Source of the DNA: Nemertoderma westbladi
Lineage: Eukaryota; Animalia; Xenacoelomorpha
Length of the DNA: 64,000 nt
Reading direction: 5' to 3'
Assembly (NCBI GenBank): GCA_032718475.1
Contig: JAUCBJ010005264.1
Coordinates: 161 to 64,160, forward strand
Shown: positions 52,509 to 64,000 of the stretch, piece after piece
Layout: every line of letters begins with the position of its first letter
Numbering within the stretch: the stretch's first letter is position 1
Program-made: the position numbers and the translations under genes
Notes under the pieces: model-generated
Told to the model about the DNA's origin: nothing
The model's input: the letters and a program-made list of their open reading frames with translations, nothing else
Database searches by the model: none

Positions 52509-52746
52509 GTTAGTGGACCCGGAGGGGTTGACCCCCCCCCCCCCCCCCCCCCCCCCCACGGTTCACACCATCGGAAAGATAATAAACTAAAAAAACGTTG
52601 CAACCCTCCCTCTATCTAAATCTCGATATTAGATTTAAATAGGAATAGAGTTGGCGGATTATTTGCTAACTAGTTTGGTATATTTATGCCCTGGTTCCGG
52701 TGGTAAGTAATATAAGTGACGGATTCTAGAATAAATAATATTTCAG

Positions 52747-52874
52747 ATTCGGAAAGCACCAGCTGCTCAATTGGAAGTGGATTTATCGGTGGCCCAATCA
52801 GAGTTCGACAAACAGTCTCAGATAGTGCAGTTGCTATGCGACAGTATAGATCAGCACCACGCAAACCAGTTGCG
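52747..52874 (+). CDS. SH3GLB: Endophilin-B exon 5
   Basis: TTTCAG|IRKAP..VAQSEFDKQSQIVQLL..HHANQL CG|GTGAGT, phase 2. Confidence 0.92.
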
Positions 52875-53114
52875 GTGAGTTTCTTCCTAAACCAATCAAA
52901 TTCGCTTTATAATTAAACATAAATTGAGGCGAGCTGATTGGCTCTCCTTGTTTAATCAATTATATAATTGTCGCAAAAAATATGTATTAAAGAAATATTT
53001 TAATGTGTTTTTCTAATTTTTTCTCATTAAGTTTATGAGAAGTGTGACCGTTTCTAACCATAGTAATAACTTATTTTTACTTTTTATACCTGGGCTACTC
53101 CGACACAAGATTTA

Positions 53115-54820
53115 AAAACCATTCCACCAGCTATCCTGGAGAATGGTTAACCAAAGTATTCCACAAGCTAGATGAAAAAATCGTTGAACGAACCATACCA
53201 CCAGCATGTTGTGAAAATGGTTCACTAAAGTATTCCACCAGCTAGCTCGGAGAATGGTTAACCAAACTATTCCACCAGCTAGCGGAGAAAATGGTTAACT
53301 AAAGTATTCCACAAGCTAGCGGGGAGTATGGTTAACCAAAGTATTCCACACAATCTAGATGGAATAATGGTTAATCGAACTATTCCACCAGCTTGCTGTG
53401 ATACTGGTTAACCAAACTATTCCCACCAACTAGGTGGGTGAATGGTTAACCGAACTATTCCACCAACTAGAATTGTTTACCAAACTATTTCACCAACTAG
53501 AATGGTTAACCAAACTATTCCGCTATCTAGAATTGTTAACCAAACTCTTCCACCATCTAGAATGGTTAAACGAACTATTCCACCAACTAGAATGGTTCAC
53601 CAAACTATTTCACCAACTAGAATGGTTAACCAAACTATTCTACCAACCCAACTAGAATGGTCAACCAGACTATTCCTCCAACTATAATGGTTAACCAAAC
53701 TGTTCTACCAACTAGAATGGTTAACCAAACTATACCACCATCTAAAATGGTTTACCGAACTATTCCACCAACTAGAATGGTTAACCAAACTATTCCACCA
53801 TCGATGATGGTTAACCGAACTATTCTACCAACTGTAATGGTTAACCAACCTATTCCACCAAATATAATGGTTAACCAAACTATTCCACCAGCTAACTGGG
53901 AGAATGGTAAACCAAACTATTCCACCAACTAGAACGGTTATCCAAACTATACCACCATCTAAAATGGTTTACGAAATATTCCACCAACTAGAATGGTTAA
54001 CCAAAGTATTCTACCAACTAGAATGGTTAACCAAACTATTCCACCAACTAGAACGGTTATCCAAACTATACCACCATCTAAAATGGTTTACCGAACTATT
54101 CCACCAACTAGAATGGTTAACCAAACTATTCCACCATCGATGATGGTTAACCGAACTATTCTACCAACTGTAATGGTTAACCAACCTATTCCACCAAATA
54201 TAATGGTTAACCAAACTATTCCACCAGCTAACTGGGAGAATGGTAAACCAAACTATTCCACCAACTAGAACGGTTATCCAAACTATACCACCATCTAAAA
54301 TGGTTTACGAACTATTCAACCAACTAGAATGTTTAACCAAAGTATTCCACCAACTAGAATGGTTAACCAATCTATTCCACCAACTATAATGGTCAACCAA
54401 ACTATTCCACCAACTAGAATGGTTAACAAGCTGTTCCACCAACTAGAGAATGGTTAACCAAACTATTCCACCAACTAGAACGGTTATCCAAACTATACCA
54501 CCATCTAAAATGGTTTACCGAACTATTCCACCAACTAGAATGGTTAACCAAACTATTCCACCATCGATGATGGTTAACCGAACTATTCTACCAACTGTAA
54601 TGGTTAACCAACCTATTCCACCAAATATAATGGTTAACCAAACTATTCCACCAGCTAACTGGGAGAATGGTAAACCAAACTATTCCACCAACTAGAATGG
54701 TCAGCCAAACTATTCCACCAACTAGAATGGTTAACAAAACTGTCCCAACAAGTAGAATGGCTAAACAAACTATTCCACTTAATGGAATGATTAACCAAAC
54801 TATTCAACCAGCTTGCTAGG
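53115..54820. repeat. 30-bp minisatellite AATGGTTAACCAAACTATTCCACCAACTAG with higher-order duplications
   Basis: ~55 copies in intron 5; the block ending gctaactgggag recurs at ~53891, ~54227 and ~54654. Confidence 0.95.
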
Positions 54821-54842
54821 AATGTTTCATTATTTATTTCAG

Positions 54843-54978
54843 CTGCCTTCGGGATTTTGTTGAGGCACAAGATAAACACTTCCAGCGCTGTGCCAGTATA
54901 ACTAGCGAACTCAGACTCTCATTGGATAGCATTCTCGGCGTCCAATCACAACATTCCTCACCGCCGCCTTACACTCAG
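54843..54978 (+). CDS. SH3GLB: Endophilin-B exon 6
   Basis: TTTCAG|C TGC..; (R)CLRDFVEAQDKHFQRC..SSPPPYTQ|GTAATA, phase-consistent with exon 5. Confidence 0.92.
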
Positions 54979-55347
54979 GTAATAATAATTTATAATAAGT
55001 GAGTTAAACCGTTACACAAGTTACACCAAACGAGTTAATGTAATGGAACGATGCCTTTCGTGGCGTAAGCATACTCAAATGATAAATATTTTATGTCGAG
55101 AGTAGTAGAGTCTTGGGCGGCTCGGTGACAGTTAGACCACACTGACACCCATTGGGTGTCATATGACACCCAATTGTCACCCAATGGGTTTCATTGGCGC
55201 CAGGCGGTCTGGGTGACACCTCCTAATTAGGCTAATTAGACCCTAATTAGGAGGTGTCATCAATTAATTAGTACAATTAAACCCTAACAGGTGTCTTATA
55301 ACTCCTAAATAGGGTTTAATTGATTATCCTAATTAATGAGACTGATT

Positions 55348-58114
55348 CACTGTCCAACAAATTTTTGGTCATCTTCTGTAACGTAATAAATTTTAGGTGT
55401 TTCTGATGCAGTTTTTCGAGATGATTCCAAATCTGCATTCAGAATTTCACCAGCACGTATCAAAAAAAAGTTACAGCTGATTTCATATATTTTATAGTTA
55501 AGAGTAAAAATCAAGTGTTGGTCATATATTTTATAATACAGTACACTATAAACACCTTGTAATGACCACTTTTCGGTTTTATGCAATACTCTCCATTGCT
55601 TGCCAGTGACTTGTTACTTACCACCAAAACAAGCCCTGTTTCCCCTCCGTGGCACGTGGAGCCCATGGAGATTCACGGAGGTGTTGGCCCTTAAAAGGGC
55701 CGTTTTGGCTGAAGTATTTGAGATGTTATTTACAGATGTATTATATATATCGTGTTAGAATGAGTCTAAAAGTGCTTCACATAGTTCATCCTCTTAAACC
55801 GCTTTGATGGCTCATCCCTATGTAGCATCCAACAAAAATCGGCAAGCATTGCAGACGTCCACTTCCCTTGGTATCGCTTTTCCATTGTGAAAATATCCTG
55901 ATGGAAGCGTTCCCCATGTTCATCACTAACATCTGAACAACTTGGTGGAAATAAATCTATATGTGAGTTAAGGAAATGAAGCTTTAGTGACATATTACAG
56001 CCCATATCTCTGTAACTGTTTACAAGCTCACTGACAAGTTCTTTATAGTTGTCACTTCGATGTCTACCAAGGAAGTCTTTACAGACAGCAGTGAATGCAC
56101 GCCAGGCTCTGACTTCAACTTGGTTCAGGGTTGCTTCAAATGCCATAGAGTCTTGAAGGAGTTCACGTATCTGAGGGCCTACAAATATTCCCTCTTTTAT
56201 CTTTGCATCACTCAATTTCGGGAATTTCGATGAAAGATAGCTGTATCCATCACCATCTCTATCAAGGGCCTTTACAAACTGCTTTATCAGGCCAAGTTTA
56301 ATATGTAGCCGTGGGAAAACGATTTTGCTTTTATCTATAAGTGGTTGATTGGAGATGTTGGCTTCACCGACAGTTGCTATAGTTCGTTGCGGCCACACCT
56401 TTCTAATGTAATGTTGAGTCCGGGCTCTACTATCCCATAAACAAAAGAAGCAGTTGTACTTTGTGAAGCCAGCTTGTAGTCCAGTTAAAATAGCAACCAC
56501 TTTCAAGTCTACGCAAACAATCCATTCATGTAACTCATAATTAATATGTTCTAGAATGAATCTGATATTGCTATATGACTCTCTTAGCTCAACTGAGTGA
56601 GCAATGGGAACAGATGGAAATTTGTTGCCATTATGAAGCAGGACAGCTTTAATAGAGTACTTGGAAGCATCAATAAATAGTCGCCACTCACTTGGAATGT
56701 ACTCAACTTCAAAGTATAGAAACAGGGCACTTATGTCGTTACAATGACAGAGTTTTCCAACCTTGTGTGAAGAGTTCGGATAGACCACGTGTACGTTTTC
56801 GATAAACTGATGTTTTTGTCGTTTTTGAAACCAGATTCCATTCCTTTAGTCGAGATCCAAGTAGTTCGCTTTGTGCTTTGGTTAATTGCAAATCGCGACA
56901 CAGATCATTCAACTCACCCTGGTTAATCAAGTGGGGCTCAGATGAAACAGCCGCAGTAGAAGAACACTGTTCAACCTCACTGGCTAAACTATTTGTGTCT
57001 GTTGCAGATTCCTCTGCAGAGCTAAGCTCTGAGTCTGACAGTAGGATATCGCCTTTTGGTGGTTCTGGTACCAGAAGAACAGATGAATGAGGTACAGGTC
57101 TTATAGCAGACGGAATATTAGGGTATTGGATGGATTCCTTGTTCTTTAGGTTAAATCCTGCAACTTGCGTCATACAAAAGTAACAATCATTTAAATGATT
57201 GTGCTGTTCCCTCCAAACCATAGGAACAGCAAAGAGTGACCCCGAACCACTTTGTTTGTTTCCACCTTGTAAGGGTTGTAATACAACGGGAACAACATAT
57301 ATGTGGAGCCTAAGTCTTATTCTGATCTCCAAGTTTAACTCCAAAATATGCCCAATAGAGTTGACATATATTTCGTGTAATGTTTCGTCGATTGCGGATA
57401 ACTGTATATTCTCCACAAATATAGCAAAAACTATCAGGGTTATTGGTGCAAGCTCTTGACATAATGGTATCAGTGTCATATATTTTTAAATAAATCAATA
57501 AAAGGAAATGATGATAATATAAATTGTATAATCCAATATAAGCAAAAATATAGTAAAAGCGTTGTATTTTATTCTGTATTGTGAAGGTACCGGTACTGGG
57601 TTGTGAGTAGGCCTACAGTATAGGGCTACAGGAGTGAATCTTGTAAATGTAAATATTAAAGTTGTCAGGATACAGCAAATAGCAACTAGGGCCTACTGTT
57701 AGTGTACTCTGTTTTTGGTACAAAAATGTAAGTATTACTGCTTACATTTTTGTGTTAGTGTAATTACTTCGTTAACAAATTTTAATTTTATAGGCCTACT
57801 GAACACTAATACATATTACAGGAATACTAGTATGGTAGGCCTACAGTACAGACTAGTATGACACAGCTTGTGTTGTGATAGGACTTGGAAAACGCAATGT
57901 CTTTGATGTGTAGTTTCAAATTTCCCACCATGTTTAATATAAATCGTTAATACAATTCACAAGATTTGGGAAAAAAATTCAAAATGATTTATCTTTATAT
58001 TGGTACGTGCTGTGAAAATGCTGAATGCAGATTTGGAATCAGCGCAAAAAACTGCATCAGTGACACCTAAAATTTATTACGTTACAGAGGATGACCACAA
58101 TTTGTTGGACAGTG
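55348..58114 (-). mobile_element. Chapaev3-like DNA transposon nested in the left TIR
   Basis: ~120-bp imperfect TIRs CACTGTCCAACAAATT..AATTTGTTGGACAGTG enclosing a transposase pseudogene. Confidence 0.85.
55766..57462 (-). pseudogene. Chapaev-like transposase, disrupted
   Basis: MSRACTNNPDSFCYICG, PMVWREQ.NH..DCYFC, WRLFIDAS, VDLKV, CFFCLWDSR, HIKLGLIKQFVKAL, KIKEGIFVGPQIR, MSLKLHFL.SH, SDEHGERFHQDI; split over three frames with a stop near 57310. Confidence 0.88.
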
Positions 58115-58550
58115 CGCCCTGACACACAAGGGTTATCAGTGAGGTCTAACGGTCGCCTAGAGGCCCAAGAGGGTGTCATAAGTGACACCTCAGCTCTTTT
58201 ATTTATTGGTACTTATTTATTTCTATTTAATTATTTAATTGTGTTACTTTTACTTTATATATTGATTTCTATTTTTAGAATTACCAATAATTAGTTTTAT
58301 AAATCACTTTCTAAATGATGTCTTTGTTGACACCGCATTGCTATATTTAGCCATAGGATATACAGCTTCCTTAATGGTAACTAATTACTCTAGCCTATAT
58401 CCAGCAGTCTGCAGTTCTATAGTCTGCCGCTAGAGGGCGTATTATATGAAAATCAACATCTTCTCTAACTTTGTTATTTTCATTCCGCTTAGGTTTAAAC
58501 TCGGTAGACATCTACTATATCATAGGCTATATCTTTTACGGAGTCGCAGA

Positions 58551-59174
58551 GTAGTCTGTGCCTCAGTGCCTCAGTGGGGCATAGTCTGTGCCACAGTGCC
58601 TCAGTGAGGCATAGTCTGTGCCTTAGTGCCTCAGTGGGGCATAGTCTGTGCCACAGTGCCTCAGTGAGGCATAGTCTGTGTCTTAGTGCCTAGGTGGGGC
58701 ATAGTCTGTGCCACAGTGCCTCAGTGAGACATAGTCTGTGCCTCAGTGGGGCATAGTCTGTGCCACAGTGCCTCAGTGAGGCATAGTCTGTGTCTCAGTG
58801 CCTCAGTGAGGCATAGTCTGTGCCACAGTGCCTCAGTGAGGTATAGTCTGTGTCTCAGTGCCTCAGTGGGGCATAGTCTGTGCCACAGTGCCTCAGTGAG
58901 GCATAGTCTGTGTCTCAGTGCCTCAGTGAGGCATAGTCTGTGCCACAGTGCCTCAGTGAGGCATAGTCTGTGTCTCAGTGCCTCAGTGAGGCATAGTCTG
59001 TGCCACAGTGCCTCAGTGAGGCATAGTCTGTGTCTCAGTGCCTCAGTGGGGCATAGTCTGTGCCACAGTGCCTCAGTGAGGCATAGTCTGTGCCTCAGTG
59101 CCTCAGTGAGACATAGTCTGTGCCTCAGTGCCTCAGTGAGACATAGTCTGTGTCTCAGTGAGGCATAGTCTGTG
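58551..59174. repeat. 30-bp minisatellite GCATAGTCTGTGCCACAGTGCCTCAGTGAG (~21 copies; alternating 60-bp dimer)
   Basis: Core of the long-TIR element. Confidence 0.97.
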
Positions 59175-60207
59175 GCTCAAACCTAAAACTCGAGGCTTTA
59201 GGAGTGCCTCGGGTCTTAAATCCGAGTCTTTAGCGGCAGACTGGAGAACTGCGGGTCGATCAACCTCCTCGGTAAAGTATAGCCTATGTCATAGTAGACC
59301 AAGTTTTAGCCTAAATGGTTTAAAAACAATCAAATGAGATCAGGTTTTCACTTTGAGACATTTCACCCTCTAGCGGCAGACTGTGGAACTTCAGAATACT
59401 CTGTGACTCCGTAATAGATATAGCCTATGATATAGTAGATGCCTACCGAGTTTAAACCTTTTCGGAATGAAAATAACAAAGTTAGAGAAGATGTTGATTT
59501 TCATATAATACGCCCTCTAGCGGCAGACTATAGAACTGCAGACTGCTGGATATAGGCTAGAGTAATTAGTTGCCATTAAGGAAGCTGTATACCCTATGGC
59601 TAAATATAGCAATGCGGTGTCAACAAAGACATCATTTAGAAAGTGATTTATAAAACTAATTATTGGTAATTCTAAAAATAGAAATCAATATTAAATAATT
59701 TAAAATTAAATAGAAATAAATAAGTACCAATAAATAAAAGAGCTGAGGTGTCACTTATGACACCCTCTTGGGCCTCTAGGCGACCGTTAGACCTCACTGA
59801 TAACCCTTGTGTGTCGGGGCGCTAATCAGTCTCATTAATTAGGATAATCAATTAAACCCTATTTAGGAGTCATAAGACACCTATTGGGGTTTAATTGTAC
59901 TAATTAATTGATGACACCTCCTAATTAGGGTCTAATTAGGAGGTTTCTCCCAGACAGTTTGGCGCCAATGACACCCATTGGGTGACAATTGGGTGTCATA
60001 TGACACCCAATGGGTGTCAGTGTGGTCTAACTGTCACCGAGCCGCCCAAGACTCTACTACTGTCGTGTTAGGTTAGTTTTATTTCATTAATTTTAAATTA
60101 AATTTATTAATATTGTTTTTAATAATATACCACTGAAGACGCGCGGGAAGCGTGAAATAGCTATATGGTAAACTAACATTATTTTATATTAGCCGTGGCT
60201 CAAGACG

Positions 60208-63200
60208 CTTACACCGTTACACAAGTTACAGCGTTACACAAGTTACACCCTTACACCATTACACTAGTTACACCGTTACACAAATTACACCATTACACAA
60301 GTTGCACCGTTACACAAGTTACACCATTACACAAGTTACACCGTTACACAAGTTACACCGTTACACAAGTTACACCGTTACACAAGTTACACCGTTACAC
60401 AAGTTACACCCTTACACCATTACACAAATTACACCGTTCCACAATTACACCGTTACACAAGTTACACCGTTACACAACTTACACCATTACACAAGTTACA
60501 CCGTTACACAAGTTACGCCATTAAACAAGTTACAACTTTACACCGTTACACAAGTTACACCGTTACACAAGTTACACAAGTTACAACGTTACACAAGTTA
60601 CACCGTTACACAAGTTACACCGTTACACAAGTTACACCGTTACACCGTTCCACAAGTTACATCGTCACACAAGTTACGCCGTTACACAAGTTACGCCGTT
60701 ACACAAGTTACACCATTACACAAGTTACACCATTTCACAAGTTACACCGTTACACAAGTTACATCGTCACACAAGTTACGCCGTTACACAAGTTACGCCG
60801 TTACACAAGTTACACCATTACACAAGTTACAACGTTACACAAGTTACAACGTTACACCGTTACACAAGTTACACCATTTCACAAGTTACATCGTCACACA
60901 AGTTACGCCGTTACACAAGTTACGCCGTTACACAAGTTACACCATTACACAAGTTACACCATTTCACAAGTTACACCGTTACACAAGTCCGTTACACAAG
61001 TTACACCATTACACAAGTTACACCATTTCACAAGTTACACCGTTACACAAGTTATGCCATTAAACAAGTTACAACTTAACACCGTTACACAAGTTACACC
61101 GTTACACAAGTTACAACGTTACACAAGTTACAACGTTACACAAGTTACACCGTTACACAAGTTGCACCATTACACAAGTTACAACGTCACACAAGTTACA
61201 CCGTTACACAAGTTACACCGTTACACAAGTTACACCATTAACAAGTTACAACATTACACAAGTTACAACGTAACACCGTTACACAAGTTACACCGTTACA
61301 CAAGTTACAACATTACACAAGTTACAACGTTACACCGTTACACAAGTTACACCATTAAACAAGTTATAACACCGTTACACAAGTTACACCGTTACACAAG
61401 TTACAACCTTACACCATTACACTAGTTACACCGTTACACAAATTACACCATTACACAAGTTACACCGTTACACAAGTTACACCATTACACAAGTTACACC
61501 GTTACACAAGTTACACCGTTACACAAGTTACACCGTTACACAAGTTACACCGTTACACAAGTTACACCGTTACACAAGTTACACCATTACACAAATTTCA
61601 CCGTTCCACAAGTTACACCGTTACACAAGTTACACCGTTACACAACTTACACCATTACACAAGTTACACCGTTACACAAGTTACGCCATTAAACAAGTTA
61701 CAACTTTACACCGTTACACAAGTTACACCATTACACAAGTTACACCGTTACACAAGTTAAAACGTTACACAAGTTACACCGTTACACAAGTTACACCGTT
61801 ACACAAGTTACACCGTTACACCGTTCCACAAGTTACATCGTTACACAAGTTACGCCGTTACACAAGTTACGCCGTTACACAAGTTACACCATTACACAAG
61901 TTACACCATTTCACAAGTTACACCGTTACACAAGTTATGCCATTAAACAAGTTACAACTTAACACCGTTACACAAGTTACACCGTTACACAAGTTACAAC
62001 GTTACACAAGTTACAACGTTACACCGTTACAACGTTACACCGTTACACAAGTTGCACCGTTACACAAGTTACGCCGTTACACAAGTTACACCATTACACA
62101 AGTTACACCGTTACACAAGTTACAACGTTACACCGTTACACAAGTTACACCGTTACACAAGTTACGCCGTTACACAAGTTACACCATTACACAAGTTACA
62201 ACGTTACACAAGTTACAACGTTACACCGTTACACAAGTTACACCGTTACACAAGTTACAACGTTACACAAGTTACACCGTTACACAAGTTACACCGTTAC
62301 ACAAGTTACAACGTTACACCGTTACACAAGTTACACCGTTACACAAGTTACAACGTTACACAAGTTACACCGTTACACAAGTTACAACGTTACACCGTTA
62401 CACAAGTTACACCGTTACACAAGTTACAACGTTACACAAGTTACACCGTTACACAAGTTACACCGTTACACAAGTTACAACGTTACACCGTTACACAAGT
62501 TACACCGTTACACAAGTTACACCGTTACACAAGTTACAACGTTACACCGTTACAACGTTACACCGTTTCACAAGTTACACCGTTACACAAGTTACGCCGT
62601 TACACAACTTACACCATTACACAAGTTACACCGTTACACAAGTTACGCCGTTACACACGTTACACACGTTACACCGTTACACAAGTTACGCCGTTACACA
62701 AGTTACACCGTTACACAAGTTACAACGTTACACCGTTACACAAGTTACACCGTTACACAAGTTACACCGTTACACAAGTTACACCGTTACACCGTTCCAC
62801 AAGTTACATCGTCACACAAGTTACGCCGTTACACAAGTTACGCCGTTACACAAGTTACACCATTACACAAGTTACACCATTTCACAAGTTACACCGTTAC
62901 ACAAGTTACGCCGTTACACAAGTTACACCATTACACAAGTTACAACGTTACACAAGTTACAACGTTACACCGTTACACAAGTTACACCGTTACACAAGTT
63001 ACACCGTTACACAAGTTACACCGTTACACCGTTACAACGTTGCACCGTTACACAAGTTACAACGTTACACAAGTTACACCGTTACACAAGTTACACCGTT
63101 ACACAAGTTGCACCGTTACACAAGTTACAACGTTACACAAGTTACACCGTTACACAAGTTGCACCGTTACACAAGTTACAACGTTACACAAGTTACACCG

Positions 63201-64000
63201 TTACACAAGTTACACCGTTACACAAGTTACACCGTTACACAAGTTACACCGTTACACAAGTTGCACCGTTACACAAGTTACAACGTTACACAAGTTACAC
63301 CGTTACACAAGTTACACCGTTACACAAGTTACAACGTTACACCGTTACAACGTTACACCGTTACACAAGTTACAACGTTACACAAGTTACACCGTTACAC
63401 AAGTTGCACCGTTACACAAGTTATAACGTTACACAAGTTACAACGTTACACAAGTTACACCGTTACACAAGTTACACCGTTACACAAGTTACAACGTTAC
63501 ACAAGTTACAACGTTACACCGTTACAACGTTACACCGTTACACAAGTTACACCGTTACACAAGTTATAACGTTACACAAGTTACACTGTTTCACAAGTTA
63601 CACCGTTACACGAGTTAGACCGTTACACAAGTTACACCGTTACACAAGTTACAACGTTACACAAGTTACAACGTTACACAAGTTACAACGTTACACCGTT
63701 ACAACGTTACACCGTTATACAAGTTACACCGTTACACAAGTTATAACGTTACACAAGTTACACCGTTACACAAGTTACAACGTTACACAAGTTACAACGT
63801 TACACCGTTACACAAGTTACACCGTTACACAAGTTATAACGTTACACAAGTTACACTGTTACACCGTTACACGAGTTAGACCGTTATACAAGTTACACCG
63901 TTACACAAGTTACACCGTTACACGAGTTAGACCGTTATACAAGTTACACCGTTACACAAGTTACACCGTTACACAAGTTACACCGTTACACAAGTTACAA
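60208..64000. repeat. 17-bp satellite (TTACACCG + TTACACAAG) running off the window
   Basis: >200 units; source of the TQVTPLHKLHRY ORFs. Confidence 0.98.

Larger units (their letters stand above)
55101..60061. mobile_element. Non-coding long-TIR element with Polinton/Maverick-type ends
   Basis: AGTAGTAGAGTC..GACTCTACTACT termini; ~680-bp TIRs (55101-55347 + 58115-58558 vs ~59391-60061); 6-bp flanks GTCGAG / GTCGTG (one mismatch). Confidence 0.7.

Noticed and set aside
53434-54695. MVNQTIPPTR repeat ORFs
   Set aside because: Intronic 30-bp minisatellite between phase-matched exons 5 and 6.
60193-63569. Possible endophilin exon 7 (TAG|CCGTGG..) and His/Thr-rich ORFs
   Set aside because: Runs straight into the 17-bp satellite with no SH3 motifs; ORFs are repeat artefacts, though a tiny exon here cannot be excluded.

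Overview
AT-rich, repeat-dense animal genomic window with GT-AG introns; nothing prokaryotic and no CRISPR array. Host genes: an intronless TRAF-family gene (21923-23350, +), an unidentified spliced gene on the - strand (phase-consistent exons at 37034-36857 and 25466-25076), and the N-BAR half of an endophilin-B/SH3GLB gene (6 exons, 41340-54978, +; the SH3 exon is presumably beyond the window). The rest is a nest of mobile DNA. It includes a decayed spliced Helentron-type PIF1 helicase followed by a head-to-tail array of non-autonomous Helentron units carrying a (GAGCC)n satellite, and a BEL/Pao LTR remnant lacking RT and the integrase core. There are also LINE and SINE fragments with TSDs, several MITEs, and a Chapaev-like transposon nested inside a probable non-coding Polinton/Maverick derivative whose TIRs carry convergent CTCF-like motifs. 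Several introns hold their own satellite. Two endophilin introns contain duplicated copies of the upstream exon end plus splice donor, one amplified about 140-fold. Most long ORFs in the supplied track are translations of satellites. All family assignments come from motif recognition by eye, not from database searches.
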